From Bacteroidota bacterium (GTDB lineage Bacteria; Bacteroidota; Bacteroidia; AKYH767-A; OLB10), in NCBI GenBank assembly GCA_046049215.1, contig JBJOER010000259.1, positions 1-48,958 on the forward strand: a stretch of 48,958 nt of DNA. The letters are read 5' to 3'. Below are positions 19,179-27,093 of the stretch, one piece after another. The notes below the pieces were generated by a model. The model had not been told where the DNA came from and ran no database searches. It saw only the letters and a list, made by a program, of their open reading frames with translations. Made by a program: the position numbers and the translations under genes. Numbering within the stretch: the stretch's first letter is position 1; every line of letters starts with the position of its first letter.

Positions 19179-20423
19179 TCAATAGTGACAACGTGCACAC
19201 TCCGTACCTCCGAGTTTCTCCACGGTCAGTTTGACATCGCCGCCATACTGCTCCTTGAGTTTTTCGTGGTATTCTTTCGAATAATAACCGTTGCCATCCA
19301 TCTTGACGGGAGTATCACGGTGACATTGGATACACCAGCCCATGGTCAGGGGGGCGAACTGCTTCATGGTCTCCATCTCTTCTACGGGACCGTGGCAGGT
19401 CTGGCATTCGATGCCACCCACCTTGGTATGCTGTGAGTGATTAAAATACGCGTGATCAGGCAGGTTGTGGATCCGTGTCCACTCAATGGCCTTTTGTTTG
19501 CCGGTGTACTGCTGCTTGTCCACGTCCCAACCCACTGCAGCGTATATTTTTCCAATCTCTTCGGTACCATACTGTGGACCTTTCTTCACATACTTATGGC
19601 AATTCATACAAACATTGGGCGAAGGAATTCCAGCATTCTTCGACTTCTCGGCACCGCTGTGACAATAGCGGCAATCGATTTTATTTTGACCGACATGCAG
19701 CTTGTGAGAGAACTTGATGGGTTGATCGGGAGCGTAGTCCTGCTGGATGCCAATTCCGGCCAACGTGTTCCAACCTTCGACACTTCCCCAGACACCCGCG
19801 ATCAGCACGAGCACAGCTATCAGCTTCTTGTTGCCGCGAACCCACTGCTTCACACCCGCTTTGCCCTCAAGGATCACCGGCTCCGGCACTCCGTCGCGTT
19901 GGTTGACCACGCGCTGCAGCCCCTTTTGTACCCGGTTCAGAATGGCGAAAAGAGCGACAAGCAGAACCAGTACCAAAGTCAATGTGAGCGGAAAGTTGTC
20001 CTTTTCTTCCGCAGCGGTGGCGGTATCACCTCCTCCGGCCGCGGCTGGAGCTGCCGGCGCGGCTTCACTCTCGGCCTTGATGTATGCGATTACGGATTTG
20101 ACCTCATCGTCGGTCAGGTTGAAGGCCGGCATCAGTACTTTATTGTACTGCTCATAGACTTTCACGGCCTGGGCGTCGCCAGCCTTGACCAGCGATTGTG
20201 AATTCTTGATCCACTTGATCAGCCAGTCCTCTTTGTACTTGGTATGGACATTCTTCAGTCCGGGACCCACAACCACATCTTCGCCGACGACGTGACAGGC
20301 TGTACAATTCGCCTTGAACAGCGCCTCGCCGTTGGGCTGAGCCGTGACAATAGAGGATGCCATCCAGAACAAGGAAAAGACCAAAAGCCTGGTAATCAAT
20401 GGCCTGTTTCGGTTTGAACGCAT
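19179..20423 (-). CDS. actA: alternative complex III subunit ActA, multihaem cytochrome c with an extra N-terminal monohaem domain (6 CxxCH)
   Basis: Six CxxCH sites: CTACH, CRYCH, CMNCH, CQTCH, CIQCH, CARCH. Order is signal peptide, class-I-like cytochrome c domain, A/P-rich linker, two TM helices, then the pentahaem domain. Confidence 0.85.
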   Translation of the reverse strand: MRSNRNRPLITRLLVFSLFWMASSIVTAQPNGEALFKANCTACHVVGEDVVVGPGLKNVHTKYKEDWLIKWIKNSQSLVKAGDAQAVKVYEQYNKVLMPAFNLTDDEVKSVIAYIKAESEAAPAAPAAAGGGDTATAAEEKDNFPLTLTLVLVLLVALFAILNRVQKGLQRVVNQRDGVPEPVILEGKAGVKQWVRGNKKLIAVLVLIAGVWGSVEGWNTLAGIGIQQDYAPDQPIKFSHKLHVGQNKIDCRYCHSGAEKSKNAGIPSPNVCMNCHKYVKKGPQYGTEEIGKIYAAVGWDVDKQQYTGKQKAIEWTRIHNLPDHAYFNHSQHTKVGGIECQTCHGPVEEMETMKQFAPLTMGWCIQCHRDTPVKMDGNGYYSKEYHEKLKEQYGGDVKLTVEKLGGTECARCHY

Positions 20424-20753
20424 AGTGCTTAGAGGTTGATCGTTACGGTTTGGACCTCATCATTTTACCAAAAGGTGACAATGAGGTTATTTTTCCCGCG
20501 GCCAAATTTAGCGGAAACTGTATTTCGTTCCCCTAAGTGCCGAAAAAATCAGGAAAGGATCTTTTATTTAGCAAAACTCAGACAATCAATGTTTTGAGTA
20601 AAAACAGCAATTCCTTGGGGCTTGGAAAGCAGAAGATAGTCTTCTATCCATCTGAATTTCAATTCATAAAATACAGTGTAAGGTCTTTAAGGGTTTACAT
20701 TACTAACCGGTGGTGCATAGCCGTGAGTTGAACCAATACACTGCCTCTTCCGC

Positions 20754-21167
20754 ATGGAATTCACGAACTTTGTCGGTATGTGCTCGAGGATAGCTTTCAC
20801 AATTGCCATTTTCGTAAGTGTTTTGTTTGTAGAAACCTGTTGGGCTCAAACCGACTCAACCACATTGAAAGCAAACCTGCTGGTCGAGAAGCACAAGAAA
20901 ATCAACGTGCTGAAGCGAACCATGCCTGGCTACCGGATCCAGATCTATTTTGGTGACCAGCGACAACAGGCGATGGATATGAAATCAACTTTTCAGTCCA
21001 CACATCCGGGCACCGCAGCTTACGTGGTGTACCAGCAACCGCATTTCAAAGTGAGGGTTGGGGATTTCAAGACACGACTGGAAGCGACAGGATTTCTCTC
21101 CAGGATGAAAGGTGAATTCAGTCAGGCATTCATCGTGCCTGACGAAGTGAAGCTTCCTGACCTTTGA
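20754..21167 (+). CDS. SPOR domain-containing protein
   Basis: N-terminal hydrophobic anchor. The C-terminal GYRIQIYFGDQRQQAMDMKSTFQ...FKVRVGDFKTRLEATGFLSRMK matches the SPOR fold pattern. Confidence 0.7.
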   Translation: MEFTNFVGMCSRIAFTIAIFVSVLFVETCWAQTDSTTLKANLLVEKHKKINVLKRTMPGYRIQIYFGDQRQQAMDMKSTFQSTHPGTAAYVVYQQPHFKVRVGDFKTRLEATGFLSRMKGEFSQAFIVPDEVKLPDL

Positions 21168-21188
21168 GCAGGCACACGAATCGCCTCT

Positions 21189-21905
21189 TTAAATGGCCTG
21201 GTGATTGAACGGTTGCAAAACCAGTTCACTGACCACACCGGATGACGGTTGTTGACAAAGGTACCAGATAGCCCTGGCTGCATCTTCAGGCTTGATCATC
21301 TTATCACGCTGCACACGCATATCGATAGTGTCCCAGAATGCGGAATCGACCCCACCCAAAAACACCTCGGAAATACGAATTTCAGTACGCTTCAATTCTT
21401 CCCTGACGGATTTGATGAAACCGTTCAATGCATATTTGGAGGCAGCGTAAACCGATGCGCCTGCCATCGGTGTTTTGCCAAGGACACCGGGTATATTGAT
21501 CACCAACCCTTTGCCCGAATTTTTCATTGGGGGTAGAAACTCCTTCATCAGGTAGAAGAAACTGTAGAAATTGGTCTCCATGGAGGTCCGAAGGTCCTCT
21601 TCTGTCAATTGCTCCAAAGGCTTGATGATTCCAATTCCGGCCGCGTGAATGATAATGTCGAGCCGGGGCGTAAGCTTGTGCACCTGTTCCGCCATGGTTT
21701 TAACAGCTCCGACCGATCTTAAATCGGCCGGAAAAATACGTTCAGATGGAACTGCACAAGTAGCCGCAACATCCTTCAAACGTTGTGAATCCCGTGCGGT
21801 GAGGTAGAGAATCGCACCACTTGAATGCAATTGAACTGCAAGCGTACGGCCGATGTCGCCACTGGCTCCTGTGATCAATATGTGTTTGCCTTTGATCTTA
21901 TCCAT
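21189..21905 (-). CDS. short-chain dehydrogenase/reductase (SDR) family oxidoreductase
   Basis: TGASGDIG cofactor motif and YAASKYAL catalytic YxxxK. 238 aa. Confidence 0.85.
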   Translation of the reverse strand: MDKIKGKHILITGASGDIGRTLAVQLHSSGAILYLTARDSQRLKDVAATCAVPSERIFPADLRSVGAVKTMAEQVHKLTPRLDIIIHAAGIGIIKPLEQLTEEDLRTSMETNFYSFFYLMKEFLPPMKNSGKGLVINIPGVLGKTPMAGASVYAASKYALNGFIKSVREELKRTEIRISEVFLGGVDSAFWDTIDMRVQRDKMIKPEDAARAIWYLCQQPSSGVVSELVLQPFNHQAI

Positions 21906-22371
21906 GGCGTTTAAACAAACCTCAGACAGAAATGTTCATATGTGGTGAAGTGAATTTGTCCGCAAAGCCGAAATTCACCCACGATTGCGTGTAAAGATGA
22001 TCCATTGGACATGATTTAGAGGCTGCCTTTGCTGTTGACTTTGTTTATTATCAACAAACACTCAGGCTTCGTTATTGCCAAAAAGAGCCTTTTTTAGATT
22101 TTTTTGCCAAGCATATCAGAGAGCTTGCCAACACATGATGCGTGTTGGCCTAATTCACAATTTACACTCTTTTTCAAATTGTCCGATTTGTTAATAAAGC
22201 CGGCCGTACTGTTGAAAATCATAAAACACAGTACAACTACATACCGCTAACATTGCGCAAGAATTATGAGGTTTATTGAATTGACCTCTGTTGTGTTTTA
22301 AAATAAATCAAGATCCGGATATCAAATAATTGCCTTACCAAAATATCGTATTCATTTCAATCAAACCAATT

Positions 22372-24849
22372 ATGAAAACCAAACAAACCTCTTCAAAAAC
22401 GCTTTGTCTGGCTCCTTGGAACGGATTTGCTTCCGTTGTACTATTTCTTTCATTTTTTTTCGCGACGTATAACACTGCAATGGGGCAATGCCCGCCAAGC
22501 CTTCGGTTCAACCCCGGAGTGCCCGGCAACCCTGTAGGATTTGAGATTGACGGAAATTACTTCATCGACCCGTCAGCTGCCACGCAAGACTGGTCCGACG
22601 TAGGTGTAACCGGACGCAGCGTGCTTTCAGAAAATTCCGGCACCGGCAATGCAGTTCCGGGTGTAAGAAGGCTGGGAGACAGTCAGCTTTCGAGCTGGAC
22701 CCAGGACCAGAACTGGGGCTGTGCCGGCTGCATTGACTACAGTCAATTCAACGGTTCATCCAACAAAAACGGTGACGATATCGGACTCACTACCAACAAT
22801 TGGACTTATAGCAGTAACGGTCAGGCACCCCAGAAGAATGACATCACCAACACCATGGTGTTCTTCAAAAGGCAAGGCACTGAAACCTGGCTGATCGGTG
22901 GTGCGGAAACCCGTGCAGTGAACGGTGATTCTCACCTTGATTTTGAATACAACCAGGCGGGCGTATACCTTACCGGATCACAGACTTCCGGTTTCATCAA
23001 AGGCAACGGCCCGTTGAAAGGCCGCACCGTTGGTGATTTCATCGTCTCTGTAGATTACGAACTGGGTGGAACCTGTCCTCAATTCTCCATCCGTGTCTGG
23101 TCGTCCCAGGGCCGATGGAATCTGGTCACACTCAATCCAGGCGACTATTTCTTCGCTGCAAACGTCGGTGCTGCACCGATCACTGCTGTTTCACCCGGGT
23201 TCGGCGTGACTACGGCAGGATTGCCTTCAAACACAACAGAGCAGCTTCAATTCGTCGAATTCGGTGTAAAATCAAGCGTGTTGACCACCTTGCTGAACAA
23301 TATTTGCAATCCGGCTGCTACCGTTACCGTCAAAACGAGGTCTTCGACATCCTTCACGGCGGAACTCAAGGATTTCGTGTTTTTCTCCTTCGGAGGCAAA
23401 CCTGAAGTCACCTGTCCCGACCCCCAATGCGTTTGCCAACTTCCTGCCGGAAATACTTTCAATGTAAGTCCATCAGTCTGCAATCCGACCTGGATCTACA
23501 CCTGGAGTATCGTTTCAACAACCGGTCCGATCACGGCAAACATCGCAAGTCCAAGCAGCTGCAGCACGGCTATCAATACCACAGGACACGGTGTGGTGAA
23601 CTTGCGTTTGATCGCTGAGGACAACGGCTGCTACGATACCTGCTTCACCAGCGTCACGGTAAAGCCAACCCCTGTATGCAACATCAACGGACCTGTATCG
23701 GTTCAACCCAACACCACCAACACCTACAGCTCACAGGCAACTGCTGATTTTTACGAATGGACGATCAGCGGTGCAGGAACGATAATTGGTGCTGCCAATC
23801 AACAAAGCGTTCAAGTGGCCGCAAGTCCCAACTGTGGCACGTATACCCTCAACCTGACCGTAAAGAACAACGGTTGCACAGCCGGCACATACTGTGAGAG
23901 CTCCTGCAATAAGACCGTTACCGTAGAGCCTTGCAACCAGCTTTGCACCTACACACAGGGCGCTTATGGCAATGCAGGCGGTGTACACTGCAACGGCCAG
24001 ACTACACCCGCCTTTGTCACCACACTTCTTTCCACCCCGTTGACGGTCGGTGCAGCAACCAAGACCATCACCTTCACCAGCGCTGATGTCAGCTGCCTTA
24101 TCGCGAAACTGCCTTCAGGAGGTAATGCAGCGCCCCTGAACGCCTCCTACACTTGCGCCACTATCCAGCCGATCAACAACGGAAAGATCTACAATATCCT
24201 GCTCGGCCAGACCATCGTACTCGGGTTGAACCTGCGTATCCCCGGAAACAACCTCGCCGACCTTCGTCTGAGCGGCCGTTTTATTACCACAGCCCCCGGA
24301 AGTGGTAGCGGATGCGGAGCCGCCGGCACAGCAACAGGAGCAGGCAGCACCTTCAGCCTCCCTGCTTCGGTAGTCGCTTACCTCGGCGCCAACAACCGCG
24401 TGAGTGATCTTCTCCAGCTGGCCAACAATGCACTGGGCGGTGTTTACGTACCCAGCGGAAGCAACCCCGGCTATTCCGACATCAGCAGTGCAGTGGATGC
24501 CATCAACAATGCTTTCGATGGCTGCCGTGTGCTGGTCAGTGTTTCCAACACTTCACTAAGGAATGGTTCGATCGAGGAAAAAGATCAGGCTGTAACCGTC
24601 TTCCCGAATCCTTTCAAGAATGAATTGAATATTCGTGTGGAGACTTCTGAAAACAAGCCGTTGAGTATCGAAATCATGACCATTTCCGGTAGCCATGTGG
24701 CCACTGTTTATGATGGAGATGCCACTGAGAGCGGTGTTCAGGAATTCCGTTTCGACAGCCAGCAGCTGCCGGAAGGTGTTTACCTGTGCAAAGTCCGCAC
24801 CGGCAAGCGCAGCAGTGTTCAGCGCATCGTCCTGTACCGCAACGATTGA
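22372..24849 (+). CDS. T9SS-secreted Cys-rich surface protein (Ig/PKD-like modules + type A sorting domain)
   Basis: The ORF-track start at 22330 is TTG. The ATG at 22372 gives MKTKQTSSKTL plus a hydrophobic signal. The C-terminus VTVFPNPFKNELNIRVE...GVYLCKVRTG...QRIVL is a Por_Secre_tail-type CTD. Confidence 0.8.
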   Translation: MKTKQTSSKTLCLAPWNGFASVVLFLSFFFATYNTAMGQCPPSLRFNPGVPGNPVGFEIDGNYFIDPSAATQDWSDVGVTGRSVLSENSGTGNAVPGVRRLGDSQLSSWTQDQNWGCAGCIDYSQFNGSSNKNGDDIGLTTNNWTYSSNGQAPQKNDITNTMVFFKRQGTETWLIGGAETRAVNGDSHLDFEYNQAGVYLTGSQTSGFIKGNGPLKGRTVGDFIVSVDYELGGTCPQFSIRVWSSQGRWNLVTLNPGDYFFAANVGAAPITAVSPGFGVTTAGLPSNTTEQLQFVEFGVKSSVLTTLLNNICNPAATVTVKTRSSTSFTAELKDFVFFSFGGKPEVTCPDPQCVCQLPAGNTFNVSPSVCNPTWIYTWSIVSTTGPITANIASPSSCSTAINTTGHGVVNLRLIAEDNGCYDTCFTSVTVKPTPVCNINGPVSVQPNTTNTYSSQATADFYEWTISGAGTIIGAANQQSVQVAASPNCGTYTLNLTVKNNGCTAGTYCESSCNKTVTVEPCNQLCTYTQGAYGNAGGVHCNGQTTPAFVTTLLSTPLTVGAATKTITFTSADVSCLIAKLPSGGNAAPLNASYTCATIQPINNGKIYNILLGQTIVLGLNLRIPGNNLADLRLSGRFITTAPGSGSGCGAAGTATGAGSTFSLPASVVAYLGANNRVSDLLQLANNALGGVYVPSGSNPGYSDISSAVDAINNAFDGCRVLVSVSNTSLRNGSIEEKDQAVTVFPNPFKNELNIRVETSENKPLSIEIMTISGSHVATVYDGDATESGVQEFRFDSQQLPEGVYLCKVRTGKRSSVQRIVLYRND

Positions 24850-24889
24850 TCCTAAACCGCTGACGAATTCATCCGGTCATTGCATTTCC

Positions 24890-24924
24890 GCCGAAGGCCC
24901 CGTCCAGGGCCTTCGGCTTTTTTA
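24890..24924 (+). terminator. intrinsic terminator after the T9SS protein gene
   Basis: GCCGAAGGCCC-CGTCCA-GGGCCTTCGGC, a perfect 11-bp stem, followed by TTTTTTAT, 41 nt after the stop. Confidence 0.85.
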
Positions 24925-24983
24925 TTCGTTCGAAAAATAAAACAGAGGCGACAACAATCGACCGTTTGGATTGTTATTCGGGT

Positions 24984-26471
24984 GTGTCATACGCATTCGC
25001 GGTTTTCCCGCATCAACTGTTCAAGCCAGGAACCGAAGTACAGCAAGCACGACTTGTTTTGCTGATCGAGGATCCTTTGTTTTTCAATCAGTACGCCTTT
25101 CACAAAGCCAAGCTCGCTTTCCACAGGGCTTCACTGAAAGCCTACGAAGCATTGTTGAAAAAGAAAGGGTGCCGGACCCTATACATCGAAGCCAATACCG
25201 AGGATGCAAAAACCGAAGCATGGTTTCGAACTTTGAAGGAATCGGAGATTGACACTGTCGTATGTTACGATCCGGTGGATTACCTACTGGAGCGAAGACT
25301 ATGGCGAAATGCACGGCTTCAGGGTATCAAAATTATTCTGCATGAGAGTCCTCAATTCCTTTGCGACCGGACTTATGCCGATTCTTATTTCAAGAACGCC
25401 AAAAAGTATCACCTCACCAGCTTCTATACCGATCAACGCAAGCGCCTGGGCATTCTGCTTGACCCCCAGGGAAATCCGCTCGGCGGCAAGTGGACTTACG
25501 ATACCGAGAACAGAAAAAAACTACCCAAGGGCACACGCATCCCTCCCCTACCCCGTTTGAAAGCGACCAAAGTACACCTGGAAGCCGATGTGTATGTGAA
25601 TTCGAAATTTCAAGACAATCCGGGTCAGACGGGTCAACTTGTACTTCCCTTAACCCATGAAGATTCCGAAAAATGGCTTGATGCATTTCTGGAACAACGA
25701 TTTTCAAAATACGGAGACTATCAGGATGCGATCACCAAAGAAGAATCATACCTCTTCCACAGCCTAATCTCTCCACTGCTGAACACCGGACTGCTGGCCC
25801 CGGAGGACATTCTGGAGCGAGCCATTGATGTGGCCGCAAAAGGCGATGTGCCGATGAATGCGCTGGAAGGGTTCGTGCGTCAGGTGATGGGCTGGAGAGA
25901 GTTCGTCCGTATTGTCTATCGGTTGCGAGGTACCGAAGAAAGAACAAGAAACTTCTGGTCTTTCTCACGGAAGATCCCTTCTTCATTCTATACAGGTACC
26001 ACAGGGATCGAACCCATCGACACGGTCATCAAACGCACTTTGAAGACCGGATATGCTCACCACATCGAAAGGCTGATGGTGATCGGGAACTTCATGGTCT
26101 TATGCGAGTTCGACCCCGACGAAGTCTACCGCTGGTTCATGGAGATGTACCTGGACGCTTACGACTGGGTGATGGTGCCCAATGTATACGGCATGAGCCA
26201 ATATGCCGATGGTGGCTTGATGAGCACCAAGCCCTACATCTCAGGATCCAATTACATCCTTAAGATGAGCGACTTTGACAAGGGCGATTGGTGCGAAACC
26301 TGGGATGCCTTGTACTGGCGGTTCATTCATTTGCACAAGGACTTTTTCCTTCGCAACCCCCGCATGAGCATGATGGTCAGACAAGTGGAGAAAATGGACA
26401 AAAAGCGTTTCACGCATTTGATGAAAACTGCAGAAGACTATCTGCAATCACTGAACGGCGATCATGCGTAA
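24984..26471 (+). CDS. photolyase/cryptochrome-family protein of the PhrB/CryB (DPRP, COG3046) type
   Basis: Motifs GGKWTYDTENRKKLP, GFVRQVMGWREF, TGYAHHIERLMVIGNF and YISGSNYILKMSDF. There is no ATG near the N-terminus. Candidate starts are TTG 24966 and GTG 24984 (MSYAFAVFPHQLF), so the start is uncertain. Confidence 0.75.
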   Translation: MSYAFAVFPHQLFKPGTEVQQARLVLLIEDPLFFNQYAFHKAKLAFHRASLKAYEALLKKKGCRTLYIEANTEDAKTEAWFRTLKESEIDTVVCYDPVDYLLERRLWRNARLQGIKIILHESPQFLCDRTYADSYFKNAKKYHLTSFYTDQRKRLGILLDPQGNPLGGKWTYDTENRKKLPKGTRIPPLPRLKATKVHLEADVYVNSKFQDNPGQTGQLVLPLTHEDSEKWLDAFLEQRFSKYGDYQDAITKEESYLFHSLISPLLNTGLLAPEDILERAIDVAAKGDVPMNALEGFVRQVMGWREFVRIVYRLRGTEERTRNFWSFSRKIPSSFYTGTTGIEPIDTVIKRTLKTGYAHHIERLMVIGNFMVLCEFDPDEVYRWFMEMYLDAYDWVMVPNVYGMSQYADGGLMSTKPYISGSNYILKMSDFDKGDWCETWDALYWRFIHLHKDFFLRNPRMSMMVRQVEKMDKKRFTHLMKTAEDYLQSLNGDHA

Positions 26472-26934
26472 GCCCTGGAACCGCCCCGATCTGCCGGTCT
26501 ACAGTGCCGCTACCACCGGCAAGCAAGGCGGCAACATGAACATTTGCACTTACGTCATTGCGGTGTCGATGACGCCCAAACGGATGGCAGTCGCTTTTTA
26601 CAAAGGAACAATGTCCCTCCAAAACGTGCAGCATCATCCTCATTTCATCCTGCAACTGCTGGCGTCAGACCAGTACAAACTGGTGCGTCTTCTCGGACAA
26701 AAAAGTGGCCGGACCATAGACAAGCTTTCAAAGCTTAAGGATTCCGTCGGTGATTACCGGGGATTCACCTGCCTGAATAACGCGGCAGCACGCATGGCTT
26801 GCGATATCATCGAATGGATTGATGCCGGTGACCACATGCTTGCAATTTGTGATGTGGTGTCCTATGCCAATCTGCGTGATACGGATTTATTGACCACCGG
26901 ATTGCTCCGCGAAAAAAAAATCATTCGCGCCTGA
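26464..26934 (+). CDS. flavin reductase-like (FMN-binding split-barrel) protein
   Basis: PVYSAATTGKQGGNMNICTYVIAVSMTPKRMAVAFYKGT...LLGQKSGRTIDKLSKL follows the flavin-reductase domain pattern. The ATG overlaps the upstream stop (ATGCGTAA, 8 nt). Confidence 0.7.
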   Translation: MRKPWNRPDLPVYSAATTGKQGGNMNICTYVIAVSMTPKRMAVAFYKGTMSLQNVQHHPHFILQLLASDQYKLVRLLGQKSGRTIDKLSKLKDSVGDYRGFTCLNNAAARMACDIIEWIDAGDHMLAICDVVSYANLRDTDLLTTGLLREKKIIRA

Positions 26935-27093
26935 GAATCGAACCATGGATTGATGTCCGGGATGAATACGCCGGTTTAAGAATCCATGTGTTCTGCTCAA
27001 AATGATTTGTCATGCTTTTGAAAGAAATCAAACAGCTGCTTTAACTAATTCAACTCCGGCTTGTTTCTTCATGGCAAACCAACATCAAAAACC

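Noticed and set aside
20537-20731. A 64-aa ORF in the 330-bp actA upstream region.
   Set aside because: It starts with GTG and has K/S/N-rich low-information sequence in an AT-rich promoter region. There is no supporting signal.
26941-26992. An inverted repeat AACCATGGATT ... AATCCATG(T)GTT downstream of the flavin-reductase gene, considered as a terminator.
   Set aside because: The loop is long (about 29 nt), the stem is imperfect and no T-tract follows. I cannot support a terminator call. It may still fold in RNA.
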